DNA of 64,000 bases, taken from assembly GCA_013239625.1 (NCBI GenBank), contig MU054187.1, positions 24,058,433-24,122,432 on the forward strand. Direction: 5' to 3'. Below the pieces are notes generated by a model. It was given only the letters and a program-made list of their open reading frames with translations, made no database searches and was not told where the DNA came from. The stretch comes from Lama guanicoe (Eukaryota). Both the position numbers and the translations under genes were made by a program. Position 1 is the stretch's first letter; every line of letters starts with the position of its first letter. Shown piece by piece: positions 1 to 12,895 of this stretch.

Positions 1-79
1 AAATTTCTGAAATAAATCAGATACAATTCTAAGATTTCACAAATCATATTTAGGTAAAAAAATCTGTATCTAATAGTAC

Positions 80-300
80 TAAATTTGTTTTGATTAAAAT
101 TTGTGGGAGAAGTGAAGTGATTTGTTTTCAACTTGGAGTTCTCTTTCCAGAAATGTTGATAATAGTGTGTGCTTTATAGTAGATTAAATTCATTTAATAG
201 ATTTCAAAAATTTCATAATTTTCTTTCTCTATAAGTTTTGATGCATTTTATTTTTCTGGAAATTTTGCTATTTCATCTGAACTTTCAAATTTATTGCCTG
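80..300 (-). mobile_element. Ancient L1 (L1M/L1ME-type) ORF2 fragment
   Basis: Degenerate antisense L1 ORF2 motifs, e.g. 'ttggagttctctttccagaaatg' and 'aattttgctatttcatctgaactttcaaatttattg'. Boundaries approximate. Confidence 0.5.
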
Positions 301-944
301 AAAACCATAACAGTGGGTACCAACAGAATCTGGAGCTATCCTGGGTAGCTCGACTACCTCAGACAAATGACAATAGCCAAGGATTTCAATGACCATTACA
401 GAATGAGCAAGGAGGAGGGAAATTAGAACTAAGTTTTTTCCAGAAACTTGGTACTCCTGGTTTCATAAGAGGGATGATTCCCTATTGTGTCCTAGACTCT
501 GTAAGAAAACACTTCCCCTGAAAATTTGCAATCTATGGACCATTTTGTTGTTAAATAAAGTTTGAGTTTGTATACTTGTGGCTGAGGAAACTGCTAATCA
601 GGAAATTGACTTATAAAATAGTCTTGAGCTGCCACTACCACTGGAGTAACTAAAAAAAGAGGAAGAAATAGGACCTCTTGCAAAATCAGCATGCAAAAAG
701 TGAACCTAATTTTAGTTAGTATAGTGAGTGAAAATCAGAATATATTTATCAATTAACAGATATTTATTGAGTAATTTTAGACATACTTCTCACTTTCTCA
801 GATCTCACAGTCAGGACATTGAAGGATTGAAGGATTTTGAAGAAAGTGACTTAAAGAAGCACATCATAGACACATTAAGGCTAATGATGAAATGTAGGAG
901 TTAATTTGGATAACTTAAAAATTTTTGTTTACCTAATTATTATT

Positions 945-2258
945 TACTTTTAACTGAAGTATAGTTGGTTTACAACGTTGCATTATTTTCTGGTATACAG
1001 CATAGCCATTCAGTTATAAATAAATATGTTCCCTTTTGTATTTTTTTCATTATAGTCTATTGCAAAGTTTTGAACATAGTTCCCTGTGCTATATAGTAGG
1101 ATCTTGTTGTTTATCTATTTTATATATAGTAGTTAGTATCTGCAAATCCCAAACTCCCAATTCATCCCTCCCCTAACCCTTTCCCTTTCGGAAGCCATAA
1201 CTTTGTTTTCTATGTCTGTGAGTCTGTTTCTGTTTCTTAAATAAGTTCATTTGTATGATTTTTTTTATCTATAAATGATATCATATGGTATATATTGTTC
1301 TCTTTCTGGCTTTCTTCACTTAGTATGACATTTTCCAGCTTCATCCATGTTACTGCAAATGACATTATTTCAATCTTTTCTATGGCTGAGTAGTATTCAT
1401 ATATGTGTGTGTGTGTGTGTGTGTTTATATATATGTGATATATATATATGTATATGCATATATATGTGTGTGTATACAAATTCTTTATCCATCCATCCAT
1501 CAGTGGACATTTAGGTTGCTCCCATGTCTTGGCTATCGTAAGTAGTGTTGCTATGAACACTGGGGTGCATGTACCTTTTCAAATTAGTTTCCTTCAGATA
1601 TTTGCCCAGGAGTGGGATTGCTAGATTATATGATAAGTCTATTTTTAGTTTTCTTAAGGACTCTCCATACTGTTTTCCATAAAGGCTTCACCAAACTACA
1701 TTGTCATCAACAGTGTGTGAGAATTCCCTTTTCTTCACACCCCCTCCAGTATTTCGTTTGTGGACTTTTTAACAATGACCATTTTGACCAGTGTGAGGTA
1801 ATACATCACTGTAGTTTTGATTTGCATTTCTTGGATAGTGATATTAAGCATTTTTTCACATGCCTATTGGCCATTTGTATGTCTTTATTGGAGAAATGTT
1901 TGTTTAGGTCTTCTGCCTATTTTTCGTTGGGTTGTTTATTTTTTTATTATTGAGTTGTATGAGCTGTTTGCATATTCTGGAAATTTAGCCTTTGTCAGTT
2001 GCATTGTTTACAAATATTTTCACCCATTCTGTATGTTGTCTTTTTGTTTTGTTTATGGTTTCCTTTGCTGTGCAGAAGCTTATAACTTTAATTAGGTCCC
2101 ATTTATTTTTTGCTTTTATTTCTATGGTCTTGGTAGACTGCCTTAGGAGAATACTGCTAAGATTCATGTCAGAGTAAGCTCTGCCTATGTTTTCTTCTAG
2201 GAAGTTTATTGTGTCTTGTCTTATGTTTAAGTCTTTAAGCATTTTGAGTTTATTTTTG
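945..2258 (-). mobile_element. L1 3' end (3'UTR plus ORF2 C-terminus), non-inverted part of a 5'-inverted insertion
   Basis: Minus-strand ORFs 1237-1560 (MFIATLLTIAKTWEQPKCP...) and 1985-2242 ([19 protein letters not shown]...) are ORF2 C-terminal peptides. A typical L1 3'UTR end 'ttaactgaagtatagttggtttacaac' lies at ~950. Confidence 0.95.
1400..1476. repeat. (TG)n/(TA)n microsatellite inside L1 3' region
   Basis: Directly visible: tatatgtgtgtgtg...tatatatatgtatatgcatatatatgtgtgtgtata. Confidence 0.9.
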
Positions 2259-2726
2259 GAAGAATTAATATTGTTAAAGTTGCTCTACTACCCAAAGTAA
2301 TCTACAGACTTAATGTGATTCCTATAAAATTGCCCAGGATATTTTTTGCAGAACCAGAACAAATAATTCTAAAATATATATGGAATTACAAAAGACCAAA
2401 ATCACCAAAGCAATACTGAAAAATATGAATGGAGCTGGAGGAATAACTCTCCCAGACTTCAGACAATACTGCAGAACTACAGTAATCAAACAGCATGCTA
2501 TTGGTACAAAAACAGACATACAGATCAATGGATCAGAATAGAGAGCTCAGAAATAAACCCACACAACTATGGTCAATTCATCTTTGACAAAGGAGGCAAG
2601 AATATACAATGGAGAAAACAGAGGCTCGTTAGTTAGCAAGTGGTGTTGGGAAAGTTGACAACTACATGTAAATCAATAAATTTAAAACACTCCCTCACAC
2701 CATACACAAAAATAAACTAAAAATGG
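2256..2726 (+). mobile_element. L1 ORF2 segment, inverted 5' part of the same insertion
   Basis: The plus strand reads [26 protein letters not shown]...SLTPYTKIN*KW, which is the ORF2 region immediately upstream of the minus-strand segment. Confidence 0.92.
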
Positions 2727-2769
2727 GTACTTTTTTTTTAATAAATTAAGAATGTTCCAAACAGAAGTA

Positions 2770-2925
2770 ATAAGATATTTAGAGGTCTCAAACTAGAAGA
2801 AATCAGGGCTCAACGTGTCAGAAAAAGTCTAGAAGAACTTTAGTAGAGATAGAAATTAGGATAGTGGCATAAGATGAGGCTAGAGAGGGTGGGCAAAGGC
2901 AGAATTATCCAGGGCTTTTAGGCTC
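2770..2925 (-). mobile_element. L2 fragment
   Basis: 'aagatgaggctagagagggtgggcaaaggcagaattatccagggcttttaggc' matches the usual antisense L2 pattern. Confidence 0.6.
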
Positions 2926-3311
2926 AAATTTTAGAGCCAAAACTGCTCAAATTTAATAGTGTAAATAATCTTGTTTCTTTCTTCATAGACTTTACAACTG
3001 TGAAAAACAACACTGAAAGCAAACAGAGATAGAGAAACATGGAGTGGAGAGGTAAAATCATGGAGTTACAGTCAATTTTCAATTTTCCATTACTTTCTAC
3101 TGAGTCTGTAGTTTTGAATGCCAAGCTGCCAACAACTGCAGTAAACCAGAGTGAAGATATGACCATGCATTGGGTGACTAGGGAATTATCATAGATATGA
3201 ATATGCGTGTGTGTATGTCTGTGTGATGGCACCCCTTTGTCATTACATCAGCTGTAATAGACTTGGGTGCATTTATGATGGATGATGCCATAGCTAATGA
3301 TCTCAGATGGG

Positions 3312-4084
3312 TGAGACTTAAGAGCTTGCCAGGAAGCCAAGTGTTGCCCTTATAACATTAAGGAAAAACCTTTTACTCAGAGACCAGCTGAAAATAAGAC
3401 AAGGTAAAGCAAACAAAGATGTAGAATGATCTCCACTCCTTTTCTTGGCAGATAATTGCTCATCTTTCTCTGGACACAGCCCATTTTTTCCCCAATCCCC
3501 ATCACTTTTCCTGAGTGAAAGTGCTGTGCTCTTTACCCCCAGAAATAAGAAATAACTTTTATTTAGCCTAAGCCTTAAGCACTCATCAAACCTCTTGGGT
3601 GATCTGATAGAGTCATCTGACATTTCACTGCTTCCTATACTTTCATAGCTCCTGTGACTAGCTCAGGCTTCTTTACATTTCTGACCATGAGAAAAATTGA
3701 AAGATCTCCAGATATCAACCATGGCTATTTCTTGACATTCCTAAGACAAGGTTTTGGACTCAGCTTTCTTCCAGTAAAGCCAACCGGGACACTTAATATG
3801 TAATGGAGAATAACCACCATTTTCAGATCTGAGATCCACAGGCGTGCTGGGGATCCTAAGGAGAGATTATGCAAAAGCTGATCACATACCCTGAGATCCC
3901 CGCTTCCTCACCTGGCCTTTAAAAATACTTTCCTAAAACCCTTTAGGGAGTTGAGCACTTGCTGTCCCTGGACTGCTTGCTTGGTGCCCTGCAATAAACA
4001 CTGCACTTTCCTTCACCATAACTCCATGTCAGTAGATTGGCTTTAGTGGTGCAGGTGAGCAGACCCAAGTTTGGTTAGGTAACT
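3312..4084 (+). mobile_element. Solo ERV1-class LTR (5' boundary uncertain; ~3790-4084 best supported)
   Basis: TATA-like tttaaaaa at ~3918, AATAAA at 3993-3998, and an ERV1-type U5 end 'gcaggtgagcagacccaagtttggttaggtaac'. Possible TG start at 3312. Confidence 0.7.
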
Positions 4085-4639
4085 GAAGAGGTATGAAAAA
4101 CAAGTGACTCACTTCATTAAAGTGTTTAACGTGAAAACATAGTCTATTCTCCCAAGAGTGATGCATGAGGGGCAGTTATGTAGTTACGTTAGCTTGGAAA
4201 GACAAACAGGACTGTTTTTCACCACAGCCCACACTTCATTCTTTAACTCACAATTGCATGACTTATGTATGTTTTTCTCCTTGTTTTACATTGTTTAGTA
4301 TCTCTTCCTCTCTTGACTCCTATTCCACTAATTTGTCCTTAAGCCTCAAAACCTCCCAACTATACCATTATGTTAGCCAAAGAGGCAATGCTTAGGGCAG
4401 GTTATAATATAGGGAGAGGTTGCCTTTATCTGGCAAATTCCCTTTGTGTGTACTTTTCAAACATCTTTGCATGTTTGCTGCCTTCCTCATGCATGATCAC
4501 CAGTTAAGCCCATGACCTCAAGTGAAATCACTGTAATACTTGTACTAAGTGTAACGATACCTTGGACAGGATAGTATTATGGGACTCTTTAAAGGAAATA
4601 GCAAACCATTATGCAAGGCTTTCTAGTGGAGAAGAAATC

Positions 4640-5185
4640 TCAGGTTAGGCCAAAGTGATAATCTGGAGGTATCCAGGCAAAATGTTGAGGTAAATAAATG
4701 TTGTCAGAAGTCATGGAATAAGAAAGCACTCAGAGGAGAAAGAACTGGGGGGTTTGAGGGAGCTGCAAGTGACTTGGCAGAGATGGCGTATGGGCAGTGA
4801 ATCTGGGATGGGCATGAGTAATGAGGCTGGCAGGGTAATCAAGGCCTGGATTGTGAAAGGTCTTGGATGCCATAGCATAGATGGTGTCCTTCATCCTGAA
4901 GGTAAAAAGATGCCACGGGCAAATTTTAAGGAGGAGTGTCATATGAAAGGATACAAAGTTTTAGGTAGGTTTTTCTAGCTGCAATGTAGAGAATGGGTTA
5001 GGAGTGCTCATGACCAGAGATAAGGAGTTCAGCTAAGAAGCTATTTTAATATTCTTAATGGGAGATGACAGAGGCCTGGCTTAGAAACTGGGTAGAGAGG
5101 ACTAAGTGAATAGGAAATCTCCAGCAATATTACGGGACTAAAATCAACAGGGTTTTGTGCTTAACTGGATGTGAGGAGTGAGTGC
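4640..5185 (-). mobile_element. L2 fragment
   Basis: Characteristic L2 antisense run: 'aatgaggctggcagggtaatcaaggcctggattgtgaaaggtcttggatgcc...aaaatcaacagggttttgtgcttaactggatgtgagg'. Confidence 0.8.
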
Positions 5186-5498
5186 AAATAAAACCTAGTC
5201 TCTGAGAATTCAAAACTGTAATATATGTCATGTTTGTTCAAGCCAGTGTTCAAAAACATTAGTTATAATTTTAATTCCGTTTATACCGTGGTGTTCTGTC
5301 CATTACAGAACTAACACTCTGTGTAATTTTATAAAATTGACTTCCTCATAGTCTGAATTTGTTTCCAGTATATGTTTTCAAGCGAATCATCATACGTGTA
5401 TAGTTTGCTGAATTCCTATGATAACGTTTGTCAACTGTCTTTATCCAAGTATTACTAGAATGGCAATGGCTTCTCCTTCTGTTTATGTAGCTTCATAG

Positions 5499-5540
5499 TC
5501 TATCTCTCTCTCTGTCTCCTCTCTCCCTCTCTCTCTCTCA
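5499..5540. repeat. (CT)n-rich low-complexity tract
   Basis: tctatctctctctctgtctcctctctccctctctctctctca. Confidence 0.85.
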
Positions 5541-6889
5541 TACTTCCAGTTTATTTCCCAGGTGGTGATGAGAGGGATGTTATCCTGATTTGATCCAGGC
5601 TGAAGCTAGGTCCTTGCTTTCACAAATTATGGACCCTGTTTCATGTCAATTGTTATTCACTTCTGTGTGTGTTGGGCGGGGGGAGTATTTTTCAGCCTCT
5701 TGTGAGGTGGGCTGCATAAAGACAATACTAGACATTTTTAAAAATAGATTTTGTATGAAGAAATAACAGCAATCTAGATTCTAGAAGAAATGTATAAGCA
5801 AGAGTTTCTTTCTCCTTTAGTTTATGCCAAACTGGCAAAGCTGTTATGACCTAAAAGGAGGGTCAGCAAAATGATCTGAGACAGCAGAAATGAGCCTACT
5901 TCTTATACTGAGACACAGGCTTTATATATAGTCTGCTTTACAGATTCTGTCAAAAGTTTTAATTTTAAATGGATTTCTAAATATCCTCCCCTTTTCTTCT
6001 CTTACGATCAACATTTTCTGCCTCTTGTCTGTACTTTTTACGTGTTAACCCACAAATTGAATATAGCCTGTGCTTGGCAAATGAATATTAAATGCTTTTT
6101 CCTGGAAAATGTGTTTGCTCATTAAATTTGACAGTCATTGCTTATGTGGTAAATGCTATCAGTGCCAAGAACTATCTGGCATGGCTGCCAGCTACAGGTC
6201 CATTATTTTAATTGCCTTTAACCTATAATCAATATTTACTGCTTTCCATAGAAAGAGACTGCATAGCTAAGCAATATGAAAAGTAAGTTTATTCTTCTGA
6301 ACCTTAGTTTTTGCTTTTACATCTAAAAGATAATATTAAATGCTTCCTCTGGGCACTACTTTTTTTTTTTTATCAAAAGTGTTTCCTACCACTTATTTTG
6401 TGAAGTGCTCACATCAGCCAAATCATGTCTATTTGAAATAAAACAGTTTGAATTTATGGCTAAGTGAGATCCAAATTCTGCTTCATCATGAAGTTATCTA
6501 CATCTTTTTGTTTTTGTCATTGGAGAAGGATTCTGAATTTTAATAGTATTTATTGAGGGATACATGCTTTTAAGCATAAAGCTACCAGGATTTGCTCTGG
6601 GAATTTGGAGAAGAACAAAGCCGACAGGTGAAAATCAAGACACCCTAATTAGGAAAAGGCAGAATACAAAGGCTAGAAAGATGCCTAAGATCTTTTAAAC
6701 ATGCAAGTTGACAGTGGGGAACCACTGAAGATTATTAAACTGAAGAGTGGCATTTCATAAATGTCATTGTAAAATGGTCACTGATGGTAACGTGAGAAGA
6801 GACTGAAATGGTAGAGTCAGGAAAAGGGGATTTAATGTAAATAAACATAGTAAGTAAAAGAAACACTGCCATATACACATCAGGAATAT

Positions 6890-7285
6890 TATAATAATGT
6901 GTACTATGTGTGTGTGCAGACCTGGGCACATGAGTCTCCACTGCAAGAGTTTTTTATCATAACAAATATTTGGAAAGAACTTAGATTGTCAAAAATCAGG
7001 GACTGGTAAAATTATTATGTTGCAATCCAGTTTTATGAAGCCATTGAATTTGACTTCTAAGAAATATATTTAGTACATAAAGTAATGCTCATGGTACATA
7101 GTTGACATAATGTTCATGACACACTAAGTGAAAAGTTGAATATGTATATGATATATTCTTATTATATATAATAAGCACATCCAGAAGGAAACACTAAAAT
7201 ATTATCCCTAAATGATCGAAGTATAGTTTATTTTTCTCTTTTTACTCAGCTTTATTTTCTAAATTTTTACTGCAAGTGAGCACTG
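6890..7285 (+). mobile_element. Ancient L1ME 3' end
   Basis: 'aaatatttggaaagaacttagattgtcaaaaatcagggactggtaaa' (degenerate KTWKQPKCP region) followed by an L1ME-like 3'UTR. Confidence 0.6.
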
Positions 7286-7864
7286 CAGGCATAATTTCCG
7301 CAATTGCCCATAAGATAAAAGTTAATGCTATGCTATGGATGTGGTCATGAAATTTGAGAGAAAGGCACAATTTTGGAAGTAAATGTTAGATTTAACTGGA
7401 ATTCGATGAACTCCTTGAATTCATCTAGATCCCTAATAAATTTCATGTGATTGACAACTGTCACCAACAGTGAAGCTCTACAATGTAGTCATTTCTCAAA
7501 CTTTACACTGAAGTATATCATAACCTTACTTCGTGGGAGAGGAAATGTATGAAGAAGACATAAGCAAGGGACTTCCGCATGGTAATTCTTACTGTGTAGT
7601 TCTAGCTACCTGGCATAATTATACTGGGCAAGTAATATCTACCACGAGCAAATCACTGAAGTCTTCAGCAACAAAAAGAAATTAGTATCTCTTTCCAAAT
7701 TAAAGTTTAAACTAACTTACATTCTAACAATGTATTTCTGGTTAAAATAGACAATAAATTAAGTGAAAATGCATGGCATCAGACAAACCTCACGTGTGCT
7801 TAGCATAGAAAAGGGAATATTTTTTCCAGTCACAGACAAAACGTGCTAACCAGTGCATTATTAT

Positions 7865-7995
7865 TTCCTTCATTTAAAAATATATGTTTCATTATCTGTC
7901 ATGTGCAAGGCACTGTGTTGAGCCCTGCAGGGCATACAAAACTTATGAAATACACTCTGATCTCAAGGTGGTAACAGTCAAATAGATGAAATGAT
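7865..7995 (-). mobile_element. L2 3' end
   Basis: 'catttaaaaatatatg...tgtcatgtgcaaggcactgtgttgagccctgcagggcataca...tctcaagg'. Confidence 0.65.
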
Positions 7996-8804
7996 ATAAA
8001 GGTTGACAGCCAGAAAGCAAGATAAATACAGCAAAGTAATTATAATAACAATAAGAATCATGCACATCATCTAATTCAACTGGGTAGCAAACAAAACTCC
8101 TTAAGTCTTAGATTTTCATAAGAAGCTGAGAACAATACAATAGGTATTGGGTACTGTTCCATTTCAGAGAGGAGCAGTAGAAACAGGGCTTGCCAAGAAA
8201 TTATGAAACCTGTTATGCCGTTGTTAGCCCATCATGTTCCTACAGACAAAATGGAACCCATTTTATTGTTTGGAAAATTTTCAACTAAAAGGGAGTTTAT
8301 ATAGAGGAGGATTTTAAGAATTACTTTACTAAGTATGTAATTGGCAATCGATAGCTATCAAGAAACCCTGGTAGATCACCCCCTCAACAGTCCTAGGTCT
8401 TGGATGAGTAGACGTAAGACTGCGGATATATAAACACTTTTAATTTTCTTAAGAAAATATTAACTTCTCATTTTGACTACAGAGTATATGTTCACAGTGC
8501 CAAAATCAAGTGATTGCTGACGGTTTCAGAGTACTGCTTCATTTAGTTGATAGAAAACTCACATCCACATGAATCACATAAGTACATCCTGAAGAGTTTG
8601 TCATATGACACATGATGGCATAAACAATATATATTGTTCCTTTTAAAGACTGAGAGTAATGATTCAGTGGCATATAGAGTTAGAGAATTTTTTCAAAACA
8701 AGCTTTGCTCTTATAGGACATATGTATTTCATAATAAGAAGCAATTGTAGGAATTCCAGGAACAATCTGTTTTTCTTACCAGAATGGGGTAAAATGCCAC
8801 CATT

Positions 8805-10020
8805 GTGCAATTCAAAACAGGGAAAGGAAAGTTGAATTATTTAATAAATATTTTTGAGACAACTATCTCACTATTTGGAGAAAAGAAATAAAACAAAATC
8901 CCTACCTCATTCTTTGCAACATCCAAATTGTTCAAGTAGGTAAAATATTTAAATATAAAAGTAATCCATAAAATAATGTAAGAAAACACCCTAGACTTTA
9001 GTTTTTTAAAAGTATTCTAAGAATAGGGAAGGCCTGAGGATAGTAATAACTTTAGACAACATGGAAGATAAACTTAAAAGTATGAACATTTTATGGGATG
9101 CATGCACCAAATCAAATACATAGAAAAGATTGTTCTGCATCTGTCATAGGTACACAGTTTCTGAGGTGGCTCGTAGTGATCCTTATCCTTGTGTATTATC
9201 CTCCCCTTATGTCTGCGCTAGATCTGGTGACTACTTTCTAACAAATAGAAAAAGCAAAAATGATGGATGTTACTTCCATGATTAGGTTACAAAAGGCTGC
9301 AGCTTTCTCTCTTTCTGGTTTCCACACCCTTGGATCACCTGCTGCCGTGTCATGAGGACACTTGGGCAGCCTGTGGAGAGACCCATGTTACAAAGAAAAC
9401 AAGACTTGCCAGCAACCACTTGAGTGATCTTGGAAGGAGACACTCCTCCAGCTGAACCTTGAGACAATGGTGGCCTCTGCCAATACTCTGATGGCAGCCT
9501 GCCTGAGACCCTGAGCCAGAGGCTCCCAGCTAAGCCGCACCTGTCTTCCTCTACCTGTTTCCACAGAAACTGTGAGATAATGAATGCTCGTTGTTCTAAG
9601 CTGTTAAATTTGGGGGTGATTTGTTACACAGCAATAGATAATTAATATAACTCATAATTCTTAAAATATAAAACATTAGAAATAATTATTCACACATCAT
9701 ATTGACAAGGATTGAAGGTTAATGATGACTATTCTTGATAACGTGTGGGGAAAAGAGATTTGCTTACTGTTTGTAACGTGTAAATTGGTTCATTTGGTTC
9801 ATTTTTTAAGGGAAGATAATTTACTGATGTGTTCTAAAGTTTTAAATGTTTATACCCACTCACTCAGTAATTTATCTGACAGAGTATCTACACAAGTATA
9901 CAGACTATGTGTCCACCAGTAGATGACTGATTGTATTAATTATAATTCACATAGGCAATGGAATATTCTGTGGCTCTTTATAAAGAATAGGATATGTCTA
10001 AATGCTTACATGTAAAGTTG
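8805..10020 (+). mobile_element. Ancient L1ME ORF2 3' fragment, split by the MLT1 LTR
   Basis: Degenerate LFNKWCWDNW...DPYLT...KDLN region at 8830-8960 and later ORF2 sequence ('gtgtggggaaaagag...tgtaaattggttca') at 9690-10020. Confidence 0.6.
9142..9649 (+). mobile_element. MaLR solo LTR (MLT1F/MLT1E-like)
   Basis: TG start, internal 'gatggatgttacttccatgattaggttac', and the canonical MLT1 3' end 'ccacagaaactgtgagataatgaatg...ttgttacacagcaatagataattaatata'. Confidence 0.92.
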
Positions 10021-10149
10021 CCAAGAAAAGAATACTGTTACCTTCTATTATCTTCTATTTTGCTTTGCTTAATTTTCTCAAGACTCTCCCCTCTGACCCT
10101 GACAGTGTTTTCAGCAAAGTTTATTCTACCTGTTAGTAGGATAATCTGA

Positions 10150-10330
10150 CAATTAAGCTGTTGACTCTGGAACGAGACTGTCTGGATTCATCTCTTCTCT
10201 GCTACTTCTTTTGTGACCTTGGACAGGTTACTCGGTGGCTTTATCACCAGTTAGTGGTAATTGTCTCATAGATATGTTGTGAAAATTGAGTTAACGTAAG
10301 TCAAGGATCGTGCTTGGAACACGGTACATG
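10150..10330 (+). mobile_element. MIR SINE
   Basis: 'gactctggaacgagactgtctggattca...gtgaccttggacaggttac...ctcatagatatgttgtgaaaattgag'. Confidence 0.8.
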
Positions 10331-10779
10331 TGTTGATTCTTTTCTAAATTATTGTATTTGGATATGGATGTTTCCTCTAGATTAGATATTTCCCAAAAAA
10401 TAATTTGGAAAAGTTTTAGGGGAAGGTTGGGCAGCAGGCACTTTCAAGGATGCAGTCTTAGAGGAGTCTCATCAGATCTCTGCTTGGTACATACATGTCT
10501 CTTTTTAGTTCCCTCTGGGCTTAATGTTTTCCTCCTTTTCGGTTACCAGAAAAGCTGTGTGGACTGAGTTAAGCCCCTCTTTTAAAAATATTATTTTCAC
10601 CAATCCTGGAAAAATACACTATTGCATTTTCTTTTGAAAAAAAAAAGAAAGTGTCATTTGACCCCACCAACAGCTTCATTCCATTTCCAGATAAAACCAC
10701 CCTCATCAAAATGCTGGTATCCAGGCACCACCCTTAGTCTCAAGATGAACTCAAAAATGCTTATGGAAAACTAGAACCC

Positions 10780-11185
10780 TAAGGATGGAATTGAATATGA
10801 CTAACATGCAAGGGGAACACAGCTGATGGGGCAACTGCTTCCGTACATGGGAATGGGAAATTATGCACAGAACACATGGCATAAAAGATATTAAGAAAGT
10901 GGCTTGTGGCCAGAGGGAAACTGGAAAGAAAGACTGGACTTCAGTCAAGCTTAAATGTTTGAAATGACTCTTATATCTAAAAAAGAAAAATGCCAAGAGT
11001 AATACAATTTTTAGATGATAATTATGAAAATGGTATAGAAAAAATGTTAAAATTGCATAGAGATTGATGGTGAAAAGTCAGAGAAAGGAGGGTGCAGGCC
11101 TAAATTAAGGCAGTGGCAGGGAATGGGATTGGATTTCAGAAATTCATCACGCTGAATAGGAGGACGTACAAATGAGATGAGGGTG
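10780..11185 (-). mobile_element. L2 fragment
   Basis: 'ggcctaaattaaggcagtggcagggaatgg' and surrounding purine-rich L2-like sequence. Confidence 0.55.
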
Positions 11186-12183
11186 TGGATATAAATATAT
11201 ATGAATCTGGAAAATTCTACTATAAACCTAAAATAATTGATTTATTTAATTTGTATTAAATACCCAAGAAAACACCTCTTAATCATGGTTGATGTACATA
11301 AAATGCAACTTCTACTGTGCAAGGTAAAAGAAATGTATGGGTAACAAAATGCAGGTTGGTTTCATTATCTAGTCTGGAATCATTTTAAAATAAATTATCT
11401 AGCCTAATCTTTAAAAAAATAACATATAATGTTGGTACCTATTGCAATATTAAGATGGATCTATATTGCTAGCATGTTTATGTCAGCCCAGATGATGTCA
11501 AGTTTCTTTTATGTAATGTTAAAGGTAAGTTGAGCATGTCTGGTTTTTTTAACCAAATTTTTGGTGTTATTGTTAGGCTTCCTTAACAACACAAACCTCT
11601 GAGCTCTCACAAACTGTTTAGTCTTCCTGGAAGAGGTTCAAAGTATTGATATTTCATTACATAGCTACATAGATGAGTAAAGTAATACATGCAAAATCTC
11701 TTATAGAGTGTATTGCAAAATATAAATGTAAAGTTTTTATCAACGTTACTGCTAACATAGTAAACATAACTTACTTTTCACTAAAAGAGTATTTAAAATG
11801 TTATCTATTTATATCAAGCACTATTCTTTCTAGAGCTTTCTACCCTAATTGTCTAGACCAATATAGCATTTAGAAATATACTATTAAATTATTTCTCAAC
11901 TTTCTACAGTGTAAAAATCCTAACAGCTTAGACTAATTTTGGCTTGGAAATATTTTCTGTAAATAAGTTTTATATATACATATATAATGTACCTTACCTA
12001 TATACATGTTATATATTATAGATATATTTTTCAACAGATTACCAATGTCTCTATATGCTGTTATATTAATATTTTTCTTCATATTTAAATGTGTGTATAT
12101 GTCTGTGTCTGTTAACTTATCATTAGATATCATGATTAGAGAGCTCTTTAAAATTCAGTAAATTAAATTAGCCTTCAGGATAC

Positions 12184-12895
12184 TGTCAAGAGCCATGAAG
12201 GATCTGAGATTTTGTCCTGTTTGCAAGTTAGCAAGTTTCATAGATATTGTCAGTTTCATAGATACTGAAAACGGACAAGACACCTGGATCAGAAAGAAAG
12301 GACCTGATCACTTGTGGCAAAGTAAGCAGCATGAGCACGTTATTTGTGTCATTTCCCCTTGTGCCCAAGTTCACACAAAGTGTGAATGAGGGGAGATGGA
12401 TGCCTGCCCATGCAGTAGCTCTTGTGCAGGAGAGGAACTCTGAGCTTACCCAACCTGAATGTTTCTGAATGGGCAGTAAGCCTGCCGCCCTTTGCTCTGC
12501 AGGAAGAGATTCTCTTTATTCTACTGCACAGTAAGCAAGCCTGCTTTTGCTCCAGAGGGAGACACCATATCTCTCTATCAAAATACTTGAAAATACAGTT
12601 TGTTAACAAAAGCCAGTTAATTATAAGTGACCTTTGAACAACATAGGTTTGAACTGCAGGGGTCTATTTATATGCAGATTTTTTCAATAATAAATACTGT
12701 GATAATACATCCACCCTTGGGAGAATCTGCAGATACAGAGAGCAGACTATAAATTGGCCCACAGAAAGTTACATGCAGATTTTCAACTGCTAGGGGGTCA
12801 GGGTTCTAATCCCTGAATTATTCAGAGGTCAACGGTACTTGTCTGTAAAGCATGTAGAAACGTGAGTGACCCATGGAGAATTGTCTCCATGCACA
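12184..12895 (-). mobile_element. ERV1-class solo LTR (MER89/MER90-like), interrupted by a Tigger2-type element
   Basis: Ends 'tgtcaagagccatgaaggatctgagatttt...' and '...gacccatggagaattgtctccatgcaca' resemble MER89-group LTR termini. The sequence resumes co-linearly after the insert. Confidence 0.8.
12624..12835 (+). mobile_element. Tigger2a/MER28-like non-autonomous TcMar DNA transposon
   Basis: Degenerate terminal inverted repeats (taagtgacctttgaacaac ... ttattcagaggtcaacgg) matching CAGTTGACCCTTGAACAAC, flanked by TA at 12622-3 and 12836-7. Confidence 0.9.

Noticed and set aside
1612..2528. Overlapping ORFs of 60-113 aa antisense to L1
   Set aside because: Typical antisense or off-frame translations of L1 ORF2, with no independent coding evidence.
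5499..5710. Pyrimidine tract plus 'ttcccag|G' acceptor at ~5561
   Set aside because: The tract is a CT microsatellite, and I found no strong downstream donor or recognisable reading frame.
6177..6190. TGGC...GCCA as a full NFI site
   Set aside because: Spacing is one base longer than the TTGGC-N5-GCCAA consensus.
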